The notes under the pieces: model-generated
What the model saw: only the letters and a program-made list of their open reading frames with translations
Told to the model about the DNA's origin: nothing
The model's database searches: none
Shown: positions 35,229-45,044 of the stretch, in pieces
Layout: the number at the start of each line of letters is the position of its first letter
Position numbering within the stretch: the first letter of the stretch is position 1
From: Crocinitomicaceae bacterium
GTDB lineage: Bacteria; Bacteroidota; Bacteroidia; Flavobacteriales_D; Crocinitomicaceae
Assembly: GCA_044237035.1 (NCBI GenBank)
Contig: JBIIFU010000008.1
Span: 18,429-82,428, forward strand
Direction: 5' to 3'
DNA: 64,000 nt
Translations under genes and position numbers: made by a program

Positions 35229-37073
35229 TTATTCTACGGTCACTGATTTTGCCAAATTCCTAGGTTGGTCAACGTTACACCCACGCATCACTGCAATGTG
35301 ATAGGATAACAATTGAAGAGGAATGGTAGCTAAAAGGGGAACCAGAAATTCATTTGTTTCAGGAATTTCGATTACTTCATCTGCAATTTCTCGTACATGA
35401 ACATCTCCTTCCGTAACGATTGCAATGATTTTTCCTTTTCGCGCCTTCACTTCTTGAATATTTGAAACTACTTTTTCGTAAGAGTTACCTTGAGTTGCAA
35501 TCACAAAAACAGGCATGTTTTCATCGATTAACGCAATTGGGCCATGTTTCATTTCAGCAGCTGGATATCCCTCTGCGTGGATATATGAAATCTCTTTTAA
35601 TTTCAATGCGCCTTCTAATGCTACTGGGAATGAACTACCTCTTCCTAAATACAATGCATTTGAAACGTCTTTGTATTGAGCAGCAATTCGTTCTATATGC
35701 GAATTACTTTCTAAAACGCGTTTAACTTTATTTGGAATGGCTTCAAGCTCGGCCAACATTGCATGAAGAGCAGACTTAGTTATAGTTCCTTTTTTATGCG
35801 CTAAAGTCAAGGCCATTAATGTAAGAATAGTTACTTGAGCTGTAAATGCTTTTGTTGATGCAACGCCAATTTCTGGTCCTGCATGAGTGTACGAACCGGC
35901 ATCAGTTACACGAGAAATGGAAGAACCAACTACATTACAAATACCTAAGATAGTTGATCCTTTTGCCTTTGCTAATTCGAGAGCAGCAAGAGTATCTGCT
36001 GTTTCACCTGATTGAGAAATGGCAATAACCACGTCATTTTCATGGATGATTGGATTTCTATATCTGAATTCACTGGCGTATTCAACTTCAACATTGATTC
36101 TTGCCAAATCTTCGATGAGGTATTCGCCAACCAACCCAGCATGCCAAGAGGTTCCACAAGCAACGATAATCAAGCGATTTGCTTGAATCATTTTGTCCTC
36201 ATATTCACGAATTCCTCGCAAAGACACCCAGCCTTCATCAGTATTTAATCTACCTCTGTAGCAATCAAGAATGGATCTTGGCTGTTCGTAAATTTCTTTC
36301 AACATGAAATGCTCGTAACCCCCTTTCTCTAAAGCTTCTAATTCAAGCTCTAATTGCTGAATATAAGGTGTTTTTTGTTGGTCTCCTATGTTATATAATT
36401 TAAGTCCGTCATTCAAATCAATTACTGCTATTTCTTCATCGTCTAGGTAAACAACTTGTTTTGTGTATTCTACAATTGGCGTAGCATCTGAGGCTAGGTA
36501 AAAGTCACCTTCTGTTCCGATACCTACAACCAGCGGACTACTTTTTCGAGCAGCAACCAAGCGATTAGGATGATCCTTTGAAATAGCAACGATAGCGTAC
36601 GCTCCAATTACATAATGAAGAGCAATTCGTAAGGCTTCTCCAAACCAAACATTTTCTTTTTTGCTAATATTGTCAATTAAATGAACAAGAACTTCTGTAT
36701 CAGTTTCGCTCTTAAAAACATAGCCTTGACTCATCAATTCTTTACGAAGAGAATCGTAATTTTCAATTATTCCATTATGAATCAATGCTATTGAGCCATC
36801 CATAGAAACATGCGGATGTGCATTTACATCAGTTGGTGGACCATGAGTTGCCCAACGCGTATGCCCAATTCCTGCATGACCTGAAACATTATATTGTTTA
36901 GCATGCTCTTCCAAATTAGATACTTTTCCAGCTTTTTTGTAAACTGATAGATTTCCATCGGAAAGTAAAGCAACTCCCGCACTATCGTATCCCCGATATT
37001 CAAGTCTTTTTAGTCCCTTTAAAACTATTGGAAAAGCTTCTTTTTTCCCAATATAAGCTACGATTCCACACAT
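35229..37073 (-). CDS. glmS: glutamine--fructose-6-phosphate transaminase (isomerizing)
   Basis: 614 aa. It has the MCGIVAYIG N-terminal nucleophile, two SIS domains and the C-terminal ...NLAKSVTVE. Confidence 0.97.
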   Translation of the reverse strand: MCGIVAYIGKKEAFPIVLKGLKRLEYRGYDSAGVALLSDGNLSVYKKAGKVSNLEEHAKQYNVSGHAGIGHTRWATHGPPTDVNAHPHVSMDGSIALIHNGIIENYDSLRKELMSQGYVFKSETDTEVLVHLIDNISKKENVWFGEALRIALHYVIGAYAIVAISKDHPNRLVAARKSSPLVVGIGTEGDFYLASDATPIVEYTKQVVYLDDEEIAVIDLNDGLKLYNIGDQQKTPYIQQLELELEALEKGGYEHFMLKEIYEQPRSILDCYRGRLNTDEGWVSLRGIREYEDKMIQANRLIIVACGTSWHAGLVGEYLIEDLARINVEVEYASEFRYRNPIIHENDVVIAISQSGETADTLAALELAKAKGSTILGICNVVGSSISRVTDAGSYTHAGPEIGVASTKAFTAQVTILTLMALTLAHKKGTITKSALHAMLAELEAIPNKVKRVLESNSHIERIAAQYKDVSNALYLGRGSSFPVALEGALKLKEISYIHAEGYPAAEMKHGPIALIDENMPVFVIATQGNSYEKVVSNIQEVKARKGKIIAIVTEGDVHVREIADEVIEIPETNEFLVPLLATIPLQLLSYHIAVMRGCNVDQPRNLAKSVTVE

Positions 37074-37076
37074 AAA

Positions 37077-38378
37077 TTAATAAGTTGTATAGGTAAGGAT
37101 TAATTTAGGTTTTACTTTATTCGTGGTATTCAAACCATTGAAAACAATTCTTTCTGCCGAATTTATAAAAAATCTCGGAGAAATCACCAATCCATTATTT
37201 TCCAAATCGCCGGCAACGATTGATTGCGCATAATCACGAATGTCCACAAAAAATAATTTTTTTACATCACTGTATTCACCCAAAGTTGAAAGACTCGTAT
37301 AAAAATCATCAGTGCTCTTAACTTTTGTTGAGACAGAAACTCCTACCCCAGGCTTATATCTATATCCTGTCTGGTATTGAATGGGCAAACTTAGTTCTGC
37401 TTTGTGAATGATTGTTTTTTGAGGGAGATTATTCAATCCTGGAATTTTGACAATCGCCCTGTGTTTCAATGCTTGTGCATAGAACTCATTTTTTCCTAAA
37501 GAAGTGTTTTGAACCACGTTCTCAACGGCTGTACCATTAGAATTAATATCAACGTGCGTAAAATCTGCACAACTTGCATTAAGTAATAAATCAAATGTTT
37601 TGAAAATTCCATCTTGACGGAAATACATAGTGATTTTAGAGGATGGATCATTTAATTTAACGTACAATGCAGCACCAACTCCTGGTGTTTGAAATCCGTT
37701 ATTAGTTTTAATATGAATCCCTTTGAAGTAATTCACGAAGTTTTCATTGCTTGCAAAAGTTGTACTTCCACTTGCCGCCTCATTGATTAATGCTTTTGCA
37801 AAATTTGTATCAAGGTGAATTCTTAATTGTGCTTCAACAGTGTCGCCCCCTACAATTGTTTTTTCCGTTGGCCTGGGTGTTATTACACCTTTTCCAAAAG
37901 GTACAAGATTCGTAGATTTAATGGATTTTGTTGTGAATGAATAATAGGTTGAGTCAATGTACAAATCTTCATTTAGCTCATAGACCTCAAAAGTTTGTGT
38001 ACTTTGATCACCGTAATAACCGGCATACTCTAAAGCGAGAACAACGGAATCCATAATAATTGATGAGACATTTCCAAAATTTGGATTTATTGTAGCTAAA
38101 CTTAGCTGAGTATACACGGATGCATTGAAAGTTCCAAATTTGGGATCGTTGTAACTACCCAACAAGCCATTTGGTCCATTGTCAGTAATAAGTGAATCTT
38201 CCTCAACCGTGTATGTGATTAGGTCAAAAGTATCTACGGTAATTCCATTTAGAATTTCGTTTTCATCGAGAGTGCCAATACCAACTGATGAATCTTTTTT
38301 CTTACAGGAGGAAACAATAACAAGCAAACAAATGGCTAACAGTAAATTCTTTAAGAAAAATTCGCAGTGTCCCCTCAT
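37077..38378 (-). CDS. DUF4270 family lipoprotein
   Basis: 433 aa with lipobox VIVSSC. It lies between the glycogen-synthase-like gene and glmS, a conserved Bacteroidota arrangement. The family call rests on synteny and general sequence character. Confidence 0.65.
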   Translation of the reverse strand: MRGHCEFFLKNLLLAICLLVIVSSCKKKDSSVGIGTLDENEILNGITVDTFDLITYTVEEDSLITDNGPNGLLGSYNDPKFGTFNASVYTQLSLATINPNFGNVSSIIMDSVVLALEYAGYYGDQSTQTFEVYELNEDLYIDSTYYSFTTKSIKSTNLVPFGKGVITPRPTEKTIVGGDTVEAQLRIHLDTNFAKALINEAASGSTTFASNENFVNYFKGIHIKTNNGFQTPGVGAALYVKLNDPSSKITMYFRQDGIFKTFDLLLNASCADFTHVDINSNGTAVENVVQNTSLGKNEFYAQALKHRAIVKIPGLNNLPQKTIIHKAELSLPIQYQTGYRYKPGVGVSVSTKVKSTDDFYTSLSTLGEYSDVKKLFFVDIRDYAQSIVAGDLENNGLVISPRFFINSAERIVFNGLNTTNKVKPKLILTYTTY

Positions 38379-38384
38379 TTTTCC

Positions 38385-39206
38385 TTAAGCTAGAACTGAT
38401 TCATCAATGATTTTATCAAAAAAAGCAGATAATTCCTTGGCTTGGTTTTCTTCAGGAATATAGCTTAATTTTGGACAATTTGCTGCGGTAAAGATCTCTG
38501 ATAATTCATTAGAAATTGACTCAGACCCCATGCACAAACCATCAATATATTCTGTTAATGATTTTGTAATTCCTAAACATGAAGTATCCGAGAATTTAGA
38601 AGCAACATCTTGTGGAACACCATCAAAAATCAATTTTTCAGGTAATCGACTGTCCCAAGGAGTTGTAAATACTTCATCGTAGATGTTGTAAACAACTTTT
38701 GTATTTGCAAAATGAGGATCCTTGTTGTAAACATATTTGATATAAAGAGCCATCATTGAAGTCATCCAACCATTACAATGGATAATATCTGGTTGCCAGC
38801 CTAATTTTTTAACTGTTTCTAAAACTCCTCTGCAGAAGAAAATTGAACGCTCATCATTGTCATTGTAGAACTGACCTTCTTCATCACCTAATGCACCTTT
38901 TCTACGAAAGAATTCATCATTATCAATAAAATAGACCTGCATCCTTGCCGGAGCAACAGAAGCAACTTTTATTATTAATGGATGATCGTGATCATCAATG
39001 GTTAAATTTTGACCTGAAAGTCTAATTACTTCGTGCAATTGGTGTCTTCTTTCATTGATGCATCCAAAGCGGGGCATAAATACTCGAATTTCTTTTCCTG
39101 CCTCTTGTATTACTTGAGGAAGTCGCCTTGAGGTATTAGAAATTTCAGATTTAGGTAAAAACGGGAATATTTCCTGGGAAATAAAAAGAATTTTCTTTTT
39201 TTCCAT
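38385..39206 (-). CDS. glycogen/starch synthase family protein (short form)
   Basis: 273 aa. ILFISQEI.PF........S...R.LPQ...E.G.EIRVFMPRFG.INERR.QLHEVIRLSG is the GT5 N-terminal domain pattern. Confidence 0.82.
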   Translation of the reverse strand: MEKKKILFISQEIFPFLPKSEISNTSRRLPQVIQEAGKEIRVFMPRFGCINERRHQLHEVIRLSGQNLTIDDHDHPLIIKVASVAPARMQVYFIDNDEFFRRKGALGDEEGQFYNDNDERSIFFCRGVLETVKKLGWQPDIIHCNGWMTSMMALYIKYVYNKDPHFANTKVVYNIYDEVFTTPWDSRLPEKLIFDGVPQDVASKFSDTSCLGITKSLTEYIDGLCMGSESISNELSEIFTAANCPKLSYIPEENQAKELSAFFDKIIDESVLA

Positions 39207-39298
39207 GCAATTATAAAGTGCTAATTAAGAGCGCTAAATTACGAAAAAAATACGGATCTTCAAAAAAACACCTAGTTTTGTGAGCATTTTACATCAAA

Positions 39299-40150
39299 AT
39301 GAAAAATATTAATGTTTGCTTTACTGCCAATAGTTTAAAAAATGAATTGGCTGTAGCTTCTGGAAATGGAACTTTTGAACTTGGATTTGTTCCAACTATG
39401 GGGGCTCTGCATTCAGGACATCTTGATTTAGTGAAACGTGCTAGTGCAGAAAATAGTCTCGTTGTTGTTAGTATTTTTGTTAATCCAACTCAATTCAATA
39501 ATCAGGAGGATCTTCAAAAATACCCAAGGACTTTAGAAAATGATTTGAAGGTTCTTGAAGATATTTCAAATTGTATTGTTTTTGTCCCTGATGTTGCCGA
39601 AATTTATCCAGAAAATGATAGCTTCCAAGGTATGGATTTACAGGGAATGGATACGATTCTTGAAGGTAAATTTAGGCCGGGTCATTTTCAAGGTGTAGTT
39701 CACGTAGTGCATAATTTTTTTCGATTAATTCAGCCAACCCGAGCTTATTTTGGTCAAAAAGATTTTCAACAGCTGGCAATCATAAAAAAAATGACCGAGG
39801 TATTTATTTTTCCAATTCAAATTGTAGCTTGTGAAACGGTAAGAGATGACTCGGGACTTGCAAAAAGTAGTCGAAATATCAGACTTTCTGACTTTGAAAA
39901 AATCGATGCTTTAATCATTTTTGAGACCTTGAATTTTATGAAAGTGAATCGTTTGGACTATAATAGCCCAAAGGAGTTAAAAGACGCCGCAATATCTTTT
40001 TTTAATAAGGGTAAGTTAGAATTGGAATACCTTGAAATCAGCGAATCTAGTTCCTTAAAAATTTTAGAGGAAAATTGGTCTGAAAAAACGACCGCTTCCA
40101 TCGCTGCTTACTGCGGAGAAGTTCGATTAATCGATAACATGGAAATCTAA
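39299..40150 (+). CDS. panC: pantoate--beta-alanine ligase
   Basis: 283 aa with GFVPTMGALHSGHLDLV, SIFVNPTQF and FGQKDFQQ motifs. Confidence 0.95.
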   Translation: MKNINVCFTANSLKNELAVASGNGTFELGFVPTMGALHSGHLDLVKRASAENSLVVVSIFVNPTQFNNQEDLQKYPRTLENDLKVLEDISNCIVFVPDVAEIYPENDSFQGMDLQGMDTILEGKFRPGHFQGVVHVVHNFFRLIQPTRAYFGQKDFQQLAIIKKMTEVFIFPIQIVACETVRDDSGLAKSSRNIRLSDFEKIDALIIFETLNFMKVNRLDYNSPKELKDAAISFFNKGKLELEYLEISESSSLKILEENWSEKTTASIAAYCGEVRLIDNMEI

Positions 40151-40151
40151 T

Positions 40152-40511
40152 CTATTTACGAGTTTCTTCTAATTGAGCTCGTTGTTTTTTAGAAAGAGAG
40201 TTATAAACTAATTCATAGGATTGGTTTATACAATCTAAAATCACAGATGACGGGATACCTGAGGTGAGATTAATTGTAATCCAATGCTTTTTATTCATGT
40301 GATATCCGGGTTGAATTCCGTCATAGCATTCTCTCAAGTCAACTCCCGTTTCAGGGTTACACTTTACATTAATTGAAATAGGATTATCACTATCAACGAG
40401 TAAAAACATTTTTCCACCTACTTTAAAAACAAGTGTTTTTTTGTCAAAAGGATAAGCTTCCTGAACAAAGGTTTTTGAAATACAATGAGTATAAATACTC
40501 TCGAAATTCAT
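40152..40511 (-). CDS. MmcQ/YjbR family DNA-binding protein
   Basis: 119 aa. YPFD...LVFKVGGKMFLL........I.VKC.PE....L........PGYHMNKKHWITI is the YjbR signature. Confidence 0.85.
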   Translation of the reverse strand: MNFESIYTHCISKTFVQEAYPFDKKTLVFKVGGKMFLLVDSDNPISINVKCNPETGVDLRECYDGIQPGYHMNKKHWITINLTSGIPSSVILDCINQSYELVYNSLSKKQRAQLEETRK

Positions 40512-41621
40512 TTAGTGAAGAGCCGGAGCATTATCGTATTTACCCAAGTTGTAAAGCATTTTTGAATGACCAAGTAATGCTCCAAAAAAAGTTTTGTACG
40601 AATGGTAAGGCAAATTGAATTCATTTGCCGTTTCTTTAACAATTTTGGACAATTTTGGGTAATGAACATGACAGATATTTGGGAACAAATGATGTTCAAC
40701 TTGGTAATTTAAACCACCAACATACCATGTCAGAATAGGATCTTTTGGCGCAAAATTAGCCGTGTTGTACAATTGATTAACTGCCCAGTCTGCATCAACA
40801 TTACCCGATTCGTCAGGAAGAGGATAATCAGAACTAGGAACAACATGAGCTGGTTGAAATATGGCAGCTAGAATTAAACCACAAATAAATTGCATGGTTA
40901 ACCACCCAATAATTGATATATACCAGGGAGCATCTGTAAATAGCACTGGTAGAACAATGAAAATAGACATATAGGCAATTTTGCTAAAAATTAAATTAGT
41001 AAGATGCCTTGAAAAAGTGATTTTTTGTGTTTCAATCAATCCTTTCTTCTTGTAACGTATTGCCTGCTGAAAATCTTTACTAGTTGACCACATCATAGTC
41101 ATTAATCCATAAAAAAACCAAGCGTAAATATGCTGAAAACGGTGTAATTTATTTCGTTTTGTATGAGGAGAAAATCGTAAAATAAATGCAGGTGGCTTAA
41201 TATCCTCATCCATGTCAGCTACGTTTGTGTAGGTATGATGTAAGACATTGTGTTGGATACGCCAGTTGACGTCACTTCCACCTAAAAGAACCATAACTTT
41301 TCCAATTATGGTATTTACCATTTCGTTTTTAGAATAGGCTCCATGATTAGCATCATGCATTACAGACAATCCTACTCCAGCCATTCCAACCCCTGTGATG
41401 CACCAAAGAGAAATAAAAAGCAAAGGAGAATAATTAAGAAAAAACAATAAAATAAACGGAACAAGATATAGAGAAAGTAATAGTATTGTTTTCAAAACCA
41501 TATTCGCATTGGCATGGCGAGATATGTTTTTTTCTTTGAAATACGCATTTACTCGAGATCGAAGAACCTTGTAGAACTCTGTATTTTGAGTACCCGTAAA
41601 TCGAACATTTTGATGTTGCAT
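40512..41621 (-). CDS. fatty acid desaturase (membrane, three His-box)
   Basis: 369 aa with His boxes HDANHG, HNVLHHTYTN and QVEHHLFP, plus TM helices. Confidence 0.9.
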   Translation of the reverse strand: MQHQNVRFTGTQNTEFYKVLRSRVNAYFKEKNISRHANANMVLKTILLLSLYLVPFILLFFLNYSPLLFISLWCITGVGMAGVGLSVMHDANHGAYSKNEMVNTIIGKVMVLLGGSDVNWRIQHNVLHHTYTNVADMDEDIKPPAFILRFSPHTKRNKLHRFQHIYAWFFYGLMTMMWSTSKDFQQAIRYKKKGLIETQKITFSRHLTNLIFSKIAYMSIFIVLPVLFTDAPWYISIIGWLTMQFICGLILAAIFQPAHVVPSSDYPLPDESGNVDADWAVNQLYNTANFAPKDPILTWYVGGLNYQVEHHLFPNICHVHYPKLSKIVKETANEFNLPYHSYKTFFGALLGHSKMLYNLGKYDNAPALH

Positions 41622-41711
41622 AATAATATTTTTGTAAAAATAGGTCTAAATATGAATGAATTTACAAAATCAAATTTTCTTTTTTCATATTTCTCGGTTA
41701 ATAAGTATCTC

Positions 41712-42305
41712 TCAATTTCTTTGAAAGCTACGAACTATCAAAAATATAAGAACAAAAGATAAATTTATAAGTTCATGAATAGGTATAAAAAAGTTAATTC
41801 CAATTAAAACTCCCCATACTCCTATAGCAGTCCACGATTGCTTGAAATTGACGGTCAATTGATTTAGTTCATCTGCCGATTTCATATTTTTAATGGTCAA
41901 AAAAACATCTTGTTTCATTTTCATTCTTGAGGCAAAATAGAGTAGAGGCAATAGAATAATCCCTTGTGGAATTCCTAAATCTTGATACATAAAAAAATGA
42001 ATCCATTCCTTTGTTACAGATAGATTTTGATAAATAACTAGGATAAATAGATGCACCAAAACACATTCAATCACCCATAAATAGAGTGATTTAAATTGCG
42101 ATTTCAAATCCCTTGATTGATCTTTTTTTAAAACAAGTTTTTTTATTTCACGAACTGTTTCAATGCGAAAAAAAGAGAAAAATAAATTTTCGATTAAATA
42201 AAATAAAAGAATAAACAGTAAAGACCAGTCCCATAGAAAATAACCCAATAATGGGATCGCCAATTCACCAATTAGTTGAATAATAAATGCAGTTTGTTTA
42301 TTCAT
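41712..42305 (-). CDS. hypothetical polytopic membrane protein
   Basis: 197 aa with about 6 hydrophobic segments. The ATG overlaps the stop of the upstream TPR gene (TAATG). No family recognised. Confidence 0.5.
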   Translation of the reverse strand: MNKQTAFIIQLIGELAIPLLGYFLWDWSLLFILLFYLIENLFFSFFRIETVREIKKLVLKKDQSRDLKSQFKSLYLWVIECVLVHLFILVIYQNLSVTKEWIHFFMYQDLGIPQGIILLPLLYFASRMKMKQDVFLTIKNMKSADELNQLTVNFKQSWTAIGVWGVLIGINFFIPIHELINLSFVLIFLIVRSFQRN

Positions 42306-43330
42306 TACTTCAAAGCGGCAACTCGCTCTTTAGTCAATTCAAAATTTGGATTGTATTTTAATACTTTGGCATAGGCTTGCAAGGCTCTTGTTCGATCGTT
42401 TTTGTCTTCATAACATAGGCCAATGTTATGCCAGGCTTTCACAAATTCAGGTTGAATATCTGTTGCCATTTGGTAGTAAATAATCGCGCTGTCCAATTGA
42501 TTATCAGTATGAAATTGTTTTATATAACCAATATTAAACCACCCTAAATGGTATTTATTATCTACCCGCATTAATTTTTGATACCCTTTTTCAGCTTCTT
42601 GATACCTTTCCAACATTTGATCACAATAAGCTACACCATAAATGGCATCCGACAATTTCGGATTTAAAGCAACCCCACTTCTGAATTTTTCAATGGCTAT
42701 TTCGTATTTTTCATCTTCTGTATATAATTGTCCAAGTCGCAAATAAGCCAATTCAAATGTTGGATCTTGTTGAACCGCAGTTTCATAGGAGGAAATGGCT
42801 AGTTTTCGATTGTTCTGCATGAGAAAAATTGTGCCTTTCATCACATACGCATCTCGGTACTTTGGATTAATTTTTAACGCTTGATCAACGTATTGAATGG
42901 CTGTTTGAAAGTCAGCAAAATAAGCATACGTTGAGGATAATCCAACGAGTGCTTTTACATTTTTAGGTTGTTTCTTAACGATAAAAGAATAATGGTATTG
43001 TGACCGTGTTACGTCTGTTACGGATCGTTCGGGATCATTGGCGAGAACATCTGCATATAAAAGTCGGGTATCAATGCGAGAACTATCCAAACGAAACGCC
43101 TTCGTGGCATCAGGTTTAGCAATATCAAAAAATTTCTTATTGTATTTTAATAGAAAAGAATCGAGCATCAAATTACCCCGTTTTACAAGTAGTCCGACAT
43201 TATTCGGGTCTTTGGCCAAGAGACTGTCTAAATTTTCATTTTTAGCTTGTACTTTTTTTCCTGTTTCGCCGCAGCTTAATACGAGGAATAAAGAAATACC
43301 AATGAAAAAAGTGCTTATTAATTGATTCAT
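42305..43330 (-). CDS. tetratricopeptide repeat lipoprotein
   Basis: I trimmed from the TTG at 43348 to ATG 43330 (MNQLISTFFIGISLFLVLSC). It has multiple TPRs (YVMKGTIFLMQNNRKLAISSYETAVQQDP, AYLRLGQLY, AWHNIGLCYEDKNDRTRALQAYAKVLKYNP). Confidence 0.8.
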   Translation of the reverse strand: MNQLISTFFIGISLFLVLSCGETGKKVQAKNENLDSLLAKDPNNVGLLVKRGNLMLDSFLLKYNKKFFDIAKPDATKAFRLDSSRIDTRLLYADVLANDPERSVTDVTRSQYHYSFIVKKQPKNVKALVGLSSTYAYFADFQTAIQYVDQALKINPKYRDAYVMKGTIFLMQNNRKLAISSYETAVQQDPTFELAYLRLGQLYTEDEKYEIAIEKFRSGVALNPKLSDAIYGVAYCDQMLERYQEAEKGYQKLMRVDNKYHLGWFNIGYIKQFHTDNQLDSAIIYYQMATDIQPEFVKAWHNIGLCYEDKNDRTRALQAYAKVLKYNPNFELTKERVAALK

Positions 43331-43410
43331 GAAATAAAAGTTGAACAAAAATACCTTTTTTGTTGATGTTACTGTAATTTCTAGTTAATTTTGATTCATA
43401 TTTTAAAGAA

Positions 43411-43653
43411 ATGAGAACTCGAATACTACTACTTCTATTTATTTCTTTTATTTTGCTAACGACAGATTCTTTTGGCCAGGGGTGTTCTCAATGTAAAATG
43501 TTGGCTGAACAGGGAGCAGAGGTAGACGAAGGTTCTTTTGGAAGCACAATAAACACAGGGATTTTGTACCTAATGGTAATTCCTTATTTGATACTAATGT
43601 TTTTATTTAGAGAGCGTATTTTTCGCTTTTTGAAAGGCCTTTTGAAAAAGTAA
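43411..43653 (+). CDS. small exported CxxC protein with C-terminal TM anchor
   Basis: 80 aa with signal peptide ...TTDSFG|Q, then GCSQCK. There is a short acidic stretch and a TM helix (INTGILYLMVIPYLILMFLF). No characterised family is known to me. Confidence 0.55.
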   Translation: MRTRILLLLFISFILLTTDSFGQGCSQCKMLAEQGAEVDEGSFGSTINTGILYLMVIPYLILMFLFRERIFRFLKGLLKK

Positions 43654-43721
43654 AAAGTAAGAAAGCCCCCCAGAATACCTTGATTCCAGAGAGCCTCTCT
43701 ACTGTTTCTTCCGTATTTTAT

Positions 43722-44939
43722 TTATAGTTTGTTTAGTTCTTTCTTGCTCTTTAAAACATTGAATCCCACGTTGAATCCGGCATATCCACCACCTTTCTGT
43801 GATGAGTAAAAAATATTAACTGGAATATTTAATGCTCCTGCCTTAAACGTTCTTCCAACGGCAAAAACAAATGAGGTATTTAATTTAGTAACTCCCCTTT
43901 TATCAAAATGTGATTCTGAAAAATCATAGTTAGATACACCTGATGCAGCAGCCGGAGTTGGTGCAAGAAAGTATCCGTTTGTATTGTATTGCGGGTCATT
44001 TCCATAAGTCTCATACGCATATGTGTCCCAATCTGAGCTTGAAAAATAACGGCTATCAGCACCAAACTTATTTTCCGTATCAAAAAAACCATTTGAAACT
44101 TGTTTCAATCCGAATCCAGGACCAAAAGCCAATTCCCAATTTCCTTTGCCGAATCTGAATCCATTCATGAAAATAAAAGATGGAATGAATTGTCCTTGTT
44201 CTAAGCCAGACACATTAAATACTCCTTCAACTAAGGCAGAAAAATTTTCTGTACCCACATATTGGCCTTCTAACTGGTAACCAATCATACTTACAAAAGG
44301 GGCAATTCCAATTCCCCCTTGATCTTCAGGTCTAGTTGCAAATTCATAAATTGAACCTACCAATCCAGCAGCTCCAACGCGCGGTCCTGAATTATTGATT
44401 TTTCCTAAATTATTCGATGTGATAACATCATTTTTAAATGCCAAACGATCCAAAAGTATTTTGTCTGGTGCAACGCCATGCATTTCTTTTAAAAGAATTT
44501 CAATCATACGTTGAACTTCCATTTCCTGATTGTCAAATTCACGAACAGCAGATTTATATATGGTTTTGTTCTTTACATCAATAATTTTTAAAGTAATCGC
44601 GATTTTATTTCCTAATAAATCCAAACTTCCGCACATCACATAATCTGTATTCAATGAATTACCCAATTTTATTAAGCAATTTTGACCAAAACAATCTGCT
44701 GAATATTCAGGATTTGATTTGATAACATCAGCCATATCGAACTCATCATAAACTTTGTATTTATTTAGTTTGATCAATTCTAAACGCATCATGCGAGCAG
44801 CTGATTCGGCTTTTACCGTTAGAGAAGTGACATTTGGGTTTGCAACGGCAATTGTCTGCGTAGGCTCAGTTGTTTGAGCAATGAATTTCGTACTTACAAA
44901 TAAAGCTAGTAAGATGAAAAAGAAACTTTGTGTTTTCAT
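43722..44939 (-). CDS. secreted protein: CsgG/LpoB/FlgO-like N-terminal module + putative beta-barrel
   Basis: 405 aa with signal peptide ...STKFIA|Q. It shows IAVANPNV......ESAARMMRLELIKL.KYKVYD.........DYVMCGSLDLLGNKIAITLKIIDV..K.I. The C-terminal half is Gly/aromatic rich. Confidence 0.55.
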   Translation of the reverse strand: MKTQSFFFILLALFVSTKFIAQTTEPTQTIAVANPNVTSLTVKAESAARMMRLELIKLNKYKVYDEFDMADVIKSNPEYSADCFGQNCLIKLGNSLNTDYVMCGSLDLLGNKIAITLKIIDVKNKTIYKSAVREFDNQEMEVQRMIEILLKEMHGVAPDKILLDRLAFKNDVITSNNLGKINNSGPRVGAAGLVGSIYEFATRPEDQGGIGIAPFVSMIGYQLEGQYVGTENFSALVEGVFNVSGLEQGQFIPSFIFMNGFRFGKGNWELAFGPGFGLKQVSNGFFDTENKFGADSRYFSSSDWDTYAYETYGNDPQYNTNGYFLAPTPAAASGVSNYDFSESHFDKRGVTKLNTSFVFAVGRTFKAGALNIPVNIFYSSQKGGGYAGFNVGFNVLKSKKELNKL

Positions 44940-45044
44940 AATTTTTAATTTTTATGATACAAAGTTGTTGCAAAAAACAAAACGGAAGAAATTGTTTATT
45001 GAAAGTAGACAATTATAATTTGCGAATATCGCAACTGACTAATT

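Noticed and set aside
38385-39206. 273-aa glycogen synthase homologue, considered as a truncated pseudogene
   Set aside because: The reading frame is intact with a proper start. It is tightly packed with DUF4270 and glmS in an arrangement seen widely in Bacteroidota, so the short form appears to be the native gene.
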